This document shows positions 27,482 through 37,381 of a DNA stretch of 64,000 nucleotides, one piece after another. The notes beneath the pieces were generated by a model. The model saw only the letters and a program-made list of their open reading frames with translations. It made no database searches and had not been told where the DNA came from. A program made the position numbers and the translations under genes. How positions within the stretch are numbered: the stretch's first letter is position 1; every line of letters begins with the position of its first letter. The stretch comes from Gammaproteobacteria bacterium (GTDB lineage Bacteria > Pseudomonadota > Gammaproteobacteria > Pseudomonadales > Azotimanducaceae), in assembly GCA_018665025.1 (NCBI GenBank), contig JABJED010000264.1, positions 6,725 through 70,724 on the forward strand. Reading direction: 5' to 3'.

Positions 27482-28393
27482 ATGTCTCGCCCCCAACGAT
27501 TAAGAAGGTGCCAGTTATCCGTTCCCGGCAGTAGTGAAAAAATGATGGCGAAGTCTGCTGGCCTTGATTGCGACCATGTGTTCCTGGATCTGGAGGATGC
27601 AGTTGCACCCAACGTAAAGTCAGACGCCCGTGGCATGATTGTTGAGGCCTTGAACAAACACGACTGGAAACCCAAAACGCTTTGCGTACGAATCAATGAC
27701 GTCGAAACCGAATACTGTCACGACGATATCATCGAAGTCGTGACAGGTGCCGGTGACAAGCTCGATACGATCATGCTAACAAAAGCAAAAAGCGCACACG
27801 ATGTCATGTTCGTGCATATGATGCTCGACCAGCTCGAAGCAAAACTTGGACTCAAGAACAGAATCGGTATTGAGTGCCTGATCGAAGAAGTCGAAGGCAT
27901 GATGAACGTAGAAGAAATCGCAGCATGCAGCGATAGACTCGAGTGCCTGATTTTTGGTATGGGTGACTACTCTGCATCCCAGGTGATGAATATTGACAAC
28001 ATTGGCGGAGACAGCGCCAGCTATCCACCTGACCTCTGGCACTACCCAAGATACAAGCTGATTATCGCGTGTCGCGCCAATGGCCTGGACCCTGTTGATG
28101 GTCCATTCGCGGATTTCCGCAATCCGGACTTTTTCAGAACGGAGTGTGAGCGAGGTAACGTCCTGGGGATGGCCGGAAAATGGGCAATTCACCCAAGCCA
28201 GGTCGAACTTGCACAGGACGCTTTTTCTCCCAGTGCAAAAGCCGTGAGTTCCGCGAGGAAACAACAAACAGCTTATGACGAGGCGCTGAAACAGGGGCTT
28301 GGTGCCATCCAGGTGGACGGTATCATGGTCGATGCAGCCAGTGTGCGTATCCTGAAGAACATCATCGACAAGGCCGAATTGATCGGCATGTAA
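27482..28393 (+). CDS. HpcH/HpaI aldolase / citrate lyase beta (CitE)-like; malyl-CoA lyase-type
   Basis: RRCQLSVPGSSEKMMAKSAGLDCDHVFLDLEDAVAP, ECLIEEVEG, IFGMGDYSAS. Confidence 0.8.
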   Translation: MSRPQRLRRCQLSVPGSSEKMMAKSAGLDCDHVFLDLEDAVAPNVKSDARGMIVEALNKHDWKPKTLCVRINDVETEYCHDDIIEVVTGAGDKLDTIMLTKAKSAHDVMFVHMMLDQLEAKLGLKNRIGIECLIEEVEGMMNVEEIAACSDRLECLIFGMGDYSASQVMNIDNIGGDSASYPPDLWHYPRYKLIIACRANGLDPVDGPFADFRNPDFFRTECERGNVLGMAGKWAIHPSQVELAQDAFSPSAKAVSSARKQQTAYDEALKQGLGAIQVDGIMVDAASVRILKNIIDKAELIGM

Positions 28394-28413
28394 CGCCAGA
28401 AAATGAACTCAAC

Positions 28414-29646
28414 ATGATTAACAGACGTTTTGCATTGGCTGTTGTTTTTTTTACAGCACTCATGGACTCCATTGGCTTTGGCATCATTCTACCGGTGACG
28501 CCGACTCTGTTGATGGAAGTCAGTGACGAGGGACTTTCAAACTCTGCCGTGTACGGTGGCTGGTTGATGTTTTCCTTCGCTATCATGCAATTCGTCTCTA
28601 TGCCGGTACTTGGGAACCTCTCCGACGCTTACGGACGAAAACCAGTCCTGTTAGGTTCGCTATTGGTACTAAGCATCAACTACCTGATCATGGGCCTGGC
28701 ACAATCCCTGGTGCTGCTGTTTATCGGCAGGTTGATCTCTGGCATCGGGTCTGCGACATTTAGTACCTGTAACGCATACATTGCAGACACTACCTCGGTC
28801 GAAGAACGTGCTCAGTTCTTTGGTTTGATGGGTGCTGCTTTTGGTCTGGGATTCGTTATCGGGCCTGTCCTGGGAGGCTTTCTTGGGGAATATGGAAGCC
28901 GCGTGCCATTCTTTGCCACCGCTGGGCTGATTTTCTTTAACCTGTTAGTCGGGCTGATTTTTCTGCCGGAGTCCCATACGCCGAACAACCGACGCCCCTT
29001 TGAAATACGTCGCGCAAATCCATTTTCTGCCATGAAACAGATGAGTCAATTCAAGATTGCCTTCGGAATTATCGGCGTCCTGTTCCTGTACAACATGGGT
29101 CACCACGCGCTGCCCGCCGTGTGGACTTTTTGGGGCATCGAAAAATTCGACTGGACACCACGTGAGATCGGCTACAGCCTCGGCTTCATTGGTATCCTGA
29201 TGGTATTTTCACAGGGCTACCTGATAAGAATCGTGATACCGGCCCTTGGCATGCGGTGGGCGGGTGTCGTCGGACTCAGCTTCACTATCACCGCCTTCCT
29301 CGGATATGCAATGTCACAAACGCCGACCATGGCCTACATGTTTATGATCGCCGGTGCCCTGGGGGGGCTTGCGGGCCCAGCCATGAGCGGCATTGCTTCA
29401 AGTCAGGTCGGCCCGGATCAGCAAGGGGAATTACAGGGTGCGATTGGTAGCGTGGGGTCACTGACGAACATCATCAGTCCGCTACTTATGACGATGGTTT
29501 TCGGGATCTATACTGGCCCGGATGCCCCCTTCTACTTTCCGGGCGCTCCTTTCATTCTTGCAGCGATACTCACCATGATGAGTCTCGCCTTATTTTTCCG
29601 GATCACTATTGGGTTCGCTCAAAAAGAGGCTGCTGCCCAGGCTTAA
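28414..29646 (+). CDS. MFS transporter (TetA/TCR-like, 12 TM)
   Basis: Hydrophobic throughout. GNLSDAYGRKPVLL (MFS motif A) and IGRLISGIG. Confidence 0.85.
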   Translation: MINRRFALAVVFFTALMDSIGFGIILPVTPTLLMEVSDEGLSNSAVYGGWLMFSFAIMQFVSMPVLGNLSDAYGRKPVLLGSLLVLSINYLIMGLAQSLVLLFIGRLISGIGSATFSTCNAYIADTTSVEERAQFFGLMGAAFGLGFVIGPVLGGFLGEYGSRVPFFATAGLIFFNLLVGLIFLPESHTPNNRRPFEIRRANPFSAMKQMSQFKIAFGIIGVLFLYNMGHHALPAVWTFWGIEKFDWTPREIGYSLGFIGILMVFSQGYLIRIVIPALGMRWAGVVGLSFTITAFLGYAMSQTPTMAYMFMIAGALGGLAGPAMSGIASSQVGPDQQGELQGAIGSVGSLTNIISPLLMTMVFGIYTGPDAPFYFPGAPFILAAILTMMSLALFFRITIGFAQKEAAAQA

Positions 29647-29710
29647 CAAGGTAATCGCTCATAGCCCAAGGCAGGAAAAATTTCACCCATATTATTGTAT
29701 CCTCTATTTT

Positions 29711-30965
29711 ATGAACGAACTTTGCGCAAAAACCGCCGTGGAACTTCGCAACCTGATTGGCGAAAAAGAAATCAGCGCCGTCGAATTACTGGATGCCCAT
29801 CTCGAACAGATCGAGTTAACCAACCCCTCGTTGAACGCCATCGTGACCCTGGTCCCGGATCACGCTAAAGAGATGGCGCAAAAAGTCGACCATCAAATTG
29901 CAAGAGGTGAAAAACCCGGGTTGCTGGCAGGACTCCCTATTGCACATAAAGACCTTGTTCAAACCAAAGCTATCAGAACAACTTTTGGCTCACGGCTGTT
30001 TGAAAATTTCGTCCCTAAGGAAAATGCGCTGATCGTGCAGCGCCTGATTGATGCCGGCGGCAGATGGCAGCGACATGGGTGGTTCGCTCCGGAATCCTGC
30101 TAGCTTCTGTAACGTTGTCGGGTTCAGGACCAGCGCTGGTCGGGTGCCTGCCTATCCTGTCCCTGATGGCTGGAGCAACCTTGGCGTCCTCGGCCCGATG
30201 GCGCGCACTGTTTCAGATTGCGCATTGATGCTGGCCGCCATTACAGGGCCAGATGACAGAACACCCATTTCACTGCCTGATTCTGCAGCGCTATTTCTGC
30301 AAACACTAGATAGCGATCAACAGGGGGCCCGTGTTGCTTTCTCAACTGACTTCGGGGGACAACTCCCGGTCGAACCAGCCGTCCGGAATGTTATTACACA
30401 GGGCGTGCAAGTGTTGTCGGATATTGGTTGCAAGGTCAGTGAAAGCTGTCCTGACTTCAGTGGGGCGGATGAAGTGTTTAAGACTCTGCGAGCATGGAGC
30501 TTTGCGTCACGCCATGGAGAAGATATCAAGCGGTATCCAGAACAGTACAAGGAAACTATTATCTGGAATGTCGAAGCAGGATTGAAACTCTCCGGCACTG
30601 ATGTCTCAGAAGCAAACAAAGCACGCACCCAAATTTACCAGCGCGTTAACAGCTTCTTCCAGGACTATGACTTCCTGGTACTGCCGGTATCCCAGGTAGC
30701 ACCCTTCCCCCTCACCAACGAGTACGTTACCAGCATCAACGGCACCCGGATGGAAACGTACATAGACTGGATGAAATCCTGCTACTACATCACCGTCACA
30801 GGCCTACCAGCGATCTCGATACCATGCGGATTTACGCCGGAGGGGTTGCCGGTCGGCATACAGATCATTGGCAAACCACTACAGGAACTGGCCGTCCTGA
30901 GGATCGCCTATGCCTTTGAACAGGCAACAAACACCTGGAAAACCCAGCCCAACATCTGTATCTAA
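29711..30965 (+). pseudogene. Amidase-signature (GatA-like) amidase disrupted by an out-of-frame internal deletion
   Basis: The N-terminal part (MNELCAKTAVELRNLIGEKEISAVELLDAHL...LIVQRLIDAGG) ends out of frame at 30103. The C-terminal part resumes in another frame at 30051 (MPAADGSDMGGSLRNPASFCNVVGFRTSAGRVP...). The GKTN...GGSSGG block that normally lies between these segments is absent. Confidence 0.75.
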
Positions 30966-31043
30966 CAGCGCTCTTATCGACAAACTTCAACTATCCGCAA
31001 ACTTCATGCATAGGCAAGCAGGATCAGCTATACTGCGCGCAGT

Positions 31044-31116
31044 TCCTTGGGGGTGGTATTACACCTGAGATCAAACCCCAGAACCTGATCCGGTTAGTCC
31101 CGGCGTAGGAAAAGGA
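31044..31116 (+). promoter_or_regulatory. TPP (thiamine pyrophosphate, THI-box) riboswitch aptamer
   Basis: TCCTTGGGGGTGGTATTACACCTGAGATCAAACCCCAGAACCTGATCCGGTTAGTCCCGGCGTAGGAAAAGGA. It has GGGGUG, CUGAGA, ACCC, GAACCUGAUC-CGG...CCGGCGUAGG and a closing P1 (TCCTT/AAGGA). Confidence 0.85.
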
Positions 31117-31147
31117 TGATCGCTAAATCTCCCATTACGTCCATACC

Positions 31148-31177
31148 GGGTCTCTTATTTTTTTACTGGAGAGACTC
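31148..31177 (+). promoter_or_regulatory. Riboswitch expression platform: helix sequestering the Shine-Dalgarno of the TonB receptor gene
   Basis: GGGTCTCTT (31148-31156) pairs with GGAGAGACTC (31168-31177), which contains the GGAGAG Shine-Dalgarno just before ATG 31178. Confidence 0.5.
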
Positions 31178-33259
31178 ATGAGCTTTATTAGAGCCATTGT
31201 TAAAGCCATCCTTAGAAACACCCCTGGGCTGCTGCTTTTCTTTGCCGCCTATACCCATTCAAACGACATCCCGGAAATCGTCGTCACTGCAGACCTTCGG
31301 CAATCAACAACCATGGAGACCGCCAGTAGCCTGACAATCGTGTCCGAGCAGGTCATCGAAGCGAGGTCTGCGCAACATTTCGAAGACATCATAAATGTCA
31401 TCCCCAACGTTAATTTTGCTTCCGGCAGCAACCGGGCTCGATTCTTTCAGATTCGCGGCATCGGCGAGCGCAGCCAGTTTGTCAATCCTGTCAATCCTTC
31501 CGTTGGCGTTCTTATCGATGATGTCGATTTTAGCGGAGCTGGAACCATCGCCACGCTGATGGATGTTCAACAGGTCGAGGTTCTACGGGGCCCTCAGGGA
31601 ACACGATATGGCGCTAACGCACTGGCCGGGCTAATCAACTTTTCCACCAATGAACCGGACGAAGCTTTCTTCACCTCTGTCAAACTATCCGGCGGGGAGT
31701 TTGGGACACAAACCGCCGGCGTCGTCTTAAATGTGCCTATCAGCGAAAAATTCCTTTCCAGGTTTGTCTTTGAGTCACACGAAAGTGACGGTTACGTTGA
31801 AAATGATTTCCAGGACAGCAACACGACGAACGATCGCGAGGAGCTGACCAGCAGAGCAAAATTTTCCTGGCAGGTCAAAAAAAACTGGAGTCTGAACCTC
31901 TCACTAGCCTCTATAGATATCGACAATGGCTATGACGCTTTTTCACTCGACAACAACAGACACACATTGTCGGACGAGCCTGGTTTTGATCGCCAAAACT
32001 CTGCTTACGTGTCCCTGAAAAGCAGCTGGCAGTTGGATGGGATGAACATCGACGTGCTGTGGAACCAATCGGATTCCGACCTTGACTACGGTTACGACGA
32101 GGACTGGTCTTTCACCGGTATCCATCCGTGGGGATACACATCAACTGATCATTACTTCCGTGAGCGCGACACCACCAGCGCCGAAATAAGGCTGTTATCC
32201 AACGAATCCAGTCGAGTTTTTGCCGACACGACGGACTGGGTCCTTGGTTTGTATTACCTTAGATCAAGTGAAGCGCTTCAACGCCAATACACCTTCCTGC
32301 CGTCAGATTTCCTGAGCGACTACGAGTTTGACACCTTCGCGATTTTCTCCCAACTCGATGTCGCCCTCTCGGATCGAATGACACTAAGTGCTGGCTTGCG
32401 ACTGGAAGAGCGTGACACTGAATATGGCGACTCAGATGGCGCAACATTTTCACCTGACGATTCATTCTGGGGCGGTAAGGTTGCCCTCGAATACCTGGCC
32501 GGGGAAAACACACTGGCTTATGGTTCTGTTTCACGGGGCTACAAGGCGGGAGGGTTCAACATCGACGGTTCGCTGGATGCTGACCTTCGATCCTTCGATG
32601 AAGAATACCTGATCGAATATGAGCTTGGTGTCAAAACGCTGCTGGCAAATGAACGCGTTGCGCTTCAACTAGCGATCTTCTACGACGATCGACACGACCA
32701 GCAGGTAAAAAGTTCAGTCGTTCGCTCTCGACCGGACGGGAGTACCGAGTTCATCGACTTTCTGGGTAACGCAGCAGAAGGTACGAACCGCGGCGTAGAG
32801 ATGGACATCAACTGGTTTGTTAATGACAACTTCAACATCAACGCCAATGCAGGTTGGTTAGATGCAGAATTTGACGAATTCATCAATGAGTTCGGTGAAG
32901 ACCTGTCTGGCAGGGACCAGGCCCATGCACCCTCCTACACCTTCAGCCTGAACTTTAACTATCAACAGGGCCCTTGGTTTGCCAGTGTTTCCGCCGACGG
33001 TAAAGATAACTTTTTCTTTTCAGATCGGCACTCAATCAAGAGCAAGCGCTACACCTTGTACAACGCTTCCCTCGGTTTTGAGTCGGGGCAATGGAAAGTC
33101 ACGTTATGGGGAAGGAATCTGGCCGACAAAGACTATTATGTGCGCGGGTTTGGCAGCTTTGGCAACGACCCGCGCAATTTCTATGTTACTGAACCTTATT
33201 TTCAGTATGGCGAACCCAGGGTGACTGGTGTGACCCTGCAATTAACAATGGGTGGGTGA
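31178..33259 (+). CDS. TonB-dependent outer-membrane receptor (riboswitch context suggests thiamine or a thiamine precursor)
   Basis: Signal peptide, plug (IVVTADLRQSTTMETASSLTIV, FFQIRGIG), VEVLRGPQGTRYGANALAGLINF, long beta-barrel. Confidence 0.9.
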   Translation: MSFIRAIVKAILRNTPGLLLFFAAYTHSNDIPEIVVTADLRQSTTMETASSLTIVSEQVIEARSAQHFEDIINVIPNVNFASGSNRARFFQIRGIGERSQFVNPVNPSVGVLIDDVDFSGAGTIATLMDVQQVEVLRGPQGTRYGANALAGLINFSTNEPDEAFFTSVKLSGGEFGTQTAGVVLNVPISEKFLSRFVFESHESDGYVENDFQDSNTTNDREELTSRAKFSWQVKKNWSLNLSLASIDIDNGYDAFSLDNNRHTLSDEPGFDRQNSAYVSLKSSWQLDGMNIDVLWNQSDSDLDYGYDEDWSFTGIHPWGYTSTDHYFRERDTTSAEIRLLSNESSRVFADTTDWVLGLYYLRSSEALQRQYTFLPSDFLSDYEFDTFAIFSQLDVALSDRMTLSAGLRLEERDTEYGDSDGATFSPDDSFWGGKVALEYLAGENTLAYGSVSRGYKAGGFNIDGSLDADLRSFDEEYLIEYELGVKTLLANERVALQLAIFYDDRHDQQVKSSVVRSRPDGSTEFIDFLGNAAEGTNRGVEMDINWFVNDNFNINANAGWLDAEFDEFINEFGEDLSGRDQAHAPSYTFSLNFNYQQGPWFASVSADGKDNFFFSDRHSIKSKRYTLYNASLGFESGQWKVTLWGRNLADKDYYVRGFGSFGNDPRNFYVTEPYFQYGEPRVTGVTLQLTMGG

Positions 33260-33903
33260 TGACGGATTTTTTGTCCTCGGCGCTGGGTGAATTCCACCAG
33301 AACTCGTTACTCGAACTAAGCGCTGTTGTCCTTGCTATTGCCTACCTCTTACTGGCAGTGCGCCAGCACATCGCCTGCTGGTATGCTGCATTCATCTCGA
33401 CAGCTATCTTCCTGTACGTCTTCTGGCAGGTAAATCTGTATATGGAATCTGGTCTACAGGTTTACTACCTGGGGATGGCGGTTTATGGATGGTGGGCATG
33501 GCAACGTGGAAGGAGTGAGGGCAAGTCTGGGTTAACAATCAGCACCTGGTCACTCAGACAACACCTGATCGTAATCGGAATAGTAGTGGCCGCAACCTTT
33601 GTCAGCGGCAGCCTGCTATCCGGCACGGAACAGCGGCTTGGTTATCTGGATTCTTTTACTACCTGGGGCGCTGTCGTCGCGACATTTATGGTGACCAGAA
33701 AGGTCCTGGAAAACTGGCTCTATTGGATCGTCATTGATAGTGCATCGCTCTACCTGTACTTCGACAGAGAGCTTTATTTCACCATGATTCTTTTCCTTGT
33801 GTACCTGGTCATCATCTTCTTCGGTTTCCGAAGTTGGCTCAGGGAGTACAGACTTGAAGCTCAAGATGACCCAACTCACGCAAATCTGGCGATAAAACGA
33901 TAA
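33256..33903 (+). CDS. PnuC-family (nicotinamide riboside / thiamine PnuT-type) inner-membrane transporter
   Basis: About 7 TM segments, WQVNLYMESGLQVYYLGMAVYGWWAW, NWLYWIVIDSASLYLY. The start overlaps the receptor stop (ATGA). Confidence 0.75.
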   Translation: MMTDFLSSALGEFHQNSLLELSAVVLAIAYLLLAVRQHIACWYAAFISTAIFLYVFWQVNLYMESGLQVYYLGMAVYGWWAWQRGRSEGKSGLTISTWSLRQHLIVIGIVVAATFVSGSLLSGTEQRLGYLDSFTTWGAVVATFMVTRKVLENWLYWIVIDSASLYLYFDRELYFTMILFLVYLVIIFFGFRSWLREYRLEAQDDPTHANLAIKR

Positions 33904-33945
33904 CTTTTGCCGCGGAATATCTAACCGCAGGATAGATCATGTTAC

Positions 33946-34968
33946 CTATGTTAACGGCCGCACATTTTTCAGATATTCCTGATTCACACAATTTTCCAAC
34001 TTACCGGTTCGCAGGTATTTAAGCGCGACGGTGATGCCCTTCGTACGCATATCGTAGAGGGATTGCGGCGTATAGAAAGCTGAATGCGGGGTGATGAGTA
34101 ATCGATCACGTATCCACTCGTCCTCACCCTGCCATGCACGGATCAACTTTCGCTCCAGGTTAAGTGGTTCTTCCGGCATAACGTCCAGTCCCACGCCACC
34201 AATCTGGTCAGACAACATCGAGTCATAGAGAGCATCCAGGTCTACTATCTCCCCTCGTGCGGCGTTAATTAACACCATTCCCTTCTTTGCGTGCGCCAGC
34301 ACATCAGCGTTCACCATATCGCGAGTTTCTTCACTCAGCGGCGCGTGCAGGCTAACGATGTCAGATTCAGCAAACAGTGCTTCAAGGCTCTCTACACGGT
34401 TGATATTTAGCGCCAGATCAGCGCCGTTAGAGACATAAGGGTCATAGAAAGAGACCTGCATTCCGAACGCTTTACATCGCAGGGCCATTGCAGTGCCAAT
34501 ACGGCCCAACCCAACAAGACCAACTTTGGCGACCGACAGGCGAAGAGCCAACGGATTATCTCGCTGTTTCCATTCGGTTGGCGCTGAACGCAATCGGTTA
34601 TCCCAGCGATTAATTCCCTTCATTAATCCAAGCAGCATCGCCATTGCATGGTCGGCAACATCCTGTGTCCCATAATCCGGCACATTACAGACAGGGATGC
34701 CAGCATCTGCGTAGAGCTTCAGGTCAACGTTGTCGAATCCGACTTTGGGCGTAACAAATATTTTGCAGTTTGCTATTTTCGGAAGCCGCTCTATATTGAC
34801 AGGATCTGGCACGCTGAGCAGCGCATCCGCCTGCGCCCATTGCTCATCTGCTACGTCTGATGGTCTATCAACAAAAATACATTCCACATCATTTCCTGCA
34901 GTTTCTTTCTCGGGCTGATTGTCGTCACCCCATCGAGTTGCGGGCCAAAGTAAGGTTACAGACATCAT
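33946..34968 (-). CDS. D-isomer-specific 2-hydroxyacid dehydrogenase (CtBP-like)
   Basis: VGLVGLGRIGTAMALRCKAFGM, INAARGEIVD, ITPHSAF. Confidence 0.85.
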   Translation of the reverse strand: MMSVTLLWPATRWGDDNQPEKETAGNDVECIFVDRPSDVADEQWAQADALLSVPDPVNIERLPKIANCKIFVTPKVGFDNVDLKLYADAGIPVCNVPDYGTQDVADHAMAMLLGLMKGINRWDNRLRSAPTEWKQRDNPLALRLSVAKVGLVGLGRIGTAMALRCKAFGMQVSFYDPYVSNGADLALNINRVESLEALFAESDIVSLHAPLSEETRDMVNADVLAHAKKGMVLINAARGEIVDLDALYDSMLSDQIGGVGLDVMPEEPLNLERKLIRAWQGEDEWIRDRLLITPHSAFYTPQSLYDMRTKGITVALKYLRTGKLENCVNQEYLKNVRPLT

Positions 34969-35177
34969 TCCTCCCGGGTTTTATGAAGCCTCAAACCAGT
35001 CACCGGGAAGGATTCCCAGGAAGACCTGCTGAAGACTAAATGTGTGAATACCAGTCGCATCATTACCTTCGCATCATGGCGCTGCTGACTCAACCAGATT
35101 CCTGCCCGCAGCTTTTCATCGTTCTGACCCGTCGCCATCAGCACAAGAGCAATCAGACGCAGTTAATCCTCTGAAAG

Positions 35178-35900
35178 TTAAAGGCTATCGAAGATGAACT
35201 GGCCATTAAGTGACGCCGAATCTCTGATGGCCTTGTATTCAGTTAAGATCGGAAAATAGTGGCAACGTTGTGTGGGAATTATGCCCTTTATGAGCAACGC
35301 TTTTTTCGCGTCAATCGACGCTGGTGATTCAAGTGCGCTGTTTAAGGAACGAAATACCTCCTCGCGATCAACACCACGCCTCACAACATACGGCGGAGAC
35401 GGGGCCTCAGAGCTCCGGTCAACAATTTCTAGCCCTGCTACCTTTGCAGGCGTATCACGCTCGATTATGCTCCAGGTAACTGCATCAATCGCAGCCACAT
35501 CTGCGATACCATTTTTTAACACCTCGAGACTTGCCTGATGAGATCCAGTCACAACGACTCTTTGTGGTGTGCATATCGAAAGAAGTGCCGACCACCCAGA
35601 TCGAGATGAAAGTGAATTAACCGCAGCAACGCGACCATTGACGTTGCCGACGATGTGGCTGAAGTACATACCTGCTTCACAATCCAGATCGAACACGGGC
35701 GATGCAACCGGCTCAATAGGAGCTCCCGATAGAAACAAATCAAGACCACACGCTTGAGTGACCAGTAGATCTGGGTCATGCCAAAGCTCAGACACAGTTT
35801 GATGACGGTTAAGCTCTCCAGGATATCCTGTAGCTTCCCACAAGCTATCGTTTGCCCATTGGACACTGGGAAAGTCGTACCAGGGAAACGAAGCTAGCAT
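35178..35900 (-). CDS. PhnD/SsuA-like substrate-binding-fold protein without a signal peptide
   Basis: MLASFPWYDFPSVQWANDSLWEATGY...ELWHDPDLLVTQACGLDLF, the pattern of cytoplasmic PhnD-like family members. Confidence 0.5.
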   Translation of the reverse strand: MLASFPWYDFPSVQWANDSLWEATGYPGELNRHQTVSELWHDPDLLVTQACGLDLFLSGAPIEPVASPVFDLDCEAGMYFSHIVGNVNGRVAAVNSLSSRSGWSALLSICTPQRVVVTGSHQASLEVLKNGIADVAAIDAVTWSIIERDTPAKVAGLEIVDRSSEAPSPPYVVRRGVDREEVFRSLNSALESPASIDAKKALLIKGIIPTQRCHYFPILTEYKAIRDSASLNGQFIFDSL

Positions 35901-36148
35901 CTATTGCGGTCTATTTGTCGAAAAGCGAAAGACGTCAGCTGTCTGAACAAACCCTCAACGCTCGAATGCTCACCAATATATTCAATCATCCTTCCAACGA
36001 TGGACTCCAAGTCACGATTCGCGAATTTCCTTTCTATTCGCTCTAGACTAAGCACAAATTTGGAGATTTCAAGCCCCGGAAGGCCGGACAGTGCCACACC
36101 TGCCAGGGGTACAAACAAATCCAAGATGCCGTCCTTTCTGAGATTCAC
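35894..36148 (-). CDS. Hypothetical protein (84 aa)
   Basis: GTG-start ORF whose stop overlaps the downstream gene start by 7 nt. Its composition looks more protein-like than the overlapping + ORF 35904..36281. No family recognised. Confidence 0.3.
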   Translation of the reverse strand: MNLRKDGILDLFVPLAGVALSGLPGLEISKFVLSLERIERKFANRDLESIVGRMIEYIGEHSSVEGLFRQLTSFAFRQIDRNRC

Positions 36149-36315
36149 GGTACCGTCGCCTGGTTTTCAATTTCTCGCTAAAGAACTGACGTCAGGTAAC
36201 GGTGCGAACAACGAGCAATTTGACAGCCAACTTTTCACGCAGCCTGGGTCGGAAGCGGCGTCCCGTGAGATGTGCTGGTGAAATAAAACAAAAGTCCGCT
36301 ATTGGACAAGAAGAA

Positions 36316-37359
36316 TCAGGGGCGTCTAAGCTTGTCATAATTTGCTTTAAATAATTCGGCGCGATGAAGTTTATCGCTGATGGACGAATTACCGGGGTCC
36401 AGTGCAAGCGCCTGCTGCCATAGTTCAATAGCGCTGTTTAACTGCCCGTCTGTGTACATACGCTGGCCTTGCTCTGAAAGCTGAGTGACTTTTACGTTGA
36501 CAGCTCTCATCAACATATTTTGTAGTCGTGCCTCCTCCGGTTCATCTTTCCAGGGGATCAGTTGAGGCAATATGGCCTGCGCCTCCAATAACTGGCCGCG
36601 CTCGATTGCATCACGTAGTGACTCTACGGTGCTGATGCGCAGTTTTTCCCGCTGACTGCGATTGCCGCTTTCCTGGATCTTAAGTTCTGATTTAATCCTC
36701 TTTTGAGTCAGTGCAAGCGAATCCTGGAGCTTGGTATCGTCCTTGATTAACAGTGCCAATTGCAAATAGTAATTGGCGGTACGCCAGTTCTGTCGGTCAA
36801 TTTCCTGGCTGGCGGCGGCCATTAGCGTCGCATGGGAAGCGACCAATCGGGATTGCACAGCGGCTAGTGGTACTTTGCTGTCTTGGTCGGATGCCTTTAC
36901 TAATGATTGCAGTAATCGTAGTTCTAAAGGTAGATGTTGCGCTACCTCTATGGCCAGTTGCAGTTGTTGTTGCTTGATGTATTGATCACGCGTGCGTAGC
37001 AATTCAGACTGGATAGCAGTAATTGCCTCGCTCTCGGGCAGGTTTTTCCTGGCCTGGTTGGCTCGGGCGATCGCCTTTGGCCATTCGGTGTTATTGATCA
37101 GGGTTGTAATCGCTTCGGTTTCCCGGTCCTCGTACTGGCTGGCCTGTCGGTTGATCGTTTTTCTTAGGGCGCTACGTTGTGGATAAAGTGGGTCATTCTC
37201 ACTGAGCTGCTCGATTTTCTGTAGCGCTTTATGGTATTTATTTTCGCTAATCAGTTGCTGAAGATAATCTTCGCTGTCTTGTAACAGAGCGGGAAAATTA
37301 CTGCAGCCAACCAGCGTCAGTGCCAATAGAACATGCTGGCCGACCCTTTGTCGTTTCAT
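36316..37359 (-). CDS. Lipoprotein with coiled-coil and TPR-like C-terminus
   Basis: Lipobox LLALTLVGC and C-terminal AIELWQQALALDPGNSSISDKL. Sits 22 nt downstream of the cyclase gene on the same strand. Confidence 0.7.
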   Translation of the reverse strand: MKRQRVGQHVLLALTLVGCSNFPALLQDSEDYLQQLISENKYHKALQKIEQLSENDPLYPQRSALRKTINRQASQYEDRETEAITTLINNTEWPKAIARANQARKNLPESEAITAIQSELLRTRDQYIKQQQLQLAIEVAQHLPLELRLLQSLVKASDQDSKVPLAAVQSRLVASHATLMAAASQEIDRQNWRTANYYLQLALLIKDDTKLQDSLALTQKRIKSELKIQESGNRSQREKLRISTVESLRDAIERGQLLEAQAILPQLIPWKDEPEEARLQNMLMRAVNVKVTQLSEQGQRMYTDGQLNSAIELWQQALALDPGNSSISDKLHRAELFKANYDKLRRP

Positions 37360-37381
37360 GGTGTCATGGTGTCATGGTTTT

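Noticed and set aside
31148-31177. The T-rich stretch after the TPP aptamer as an intrinsic terminator
   Set aside because: The T-run (31157-31164) lies inside the loop of the helix rather than after it. Shine-Dalgarno sequestration (translational control) fits better, though a transcriptional component is not excluded.
35904-36281. 125-aa + strand ORF
   Set aside because: S/R/P-rich junk-like translation. The overlapping minus-strand 84-aa ORF is coupled to the downstream gene, and even that is only weakly supported.
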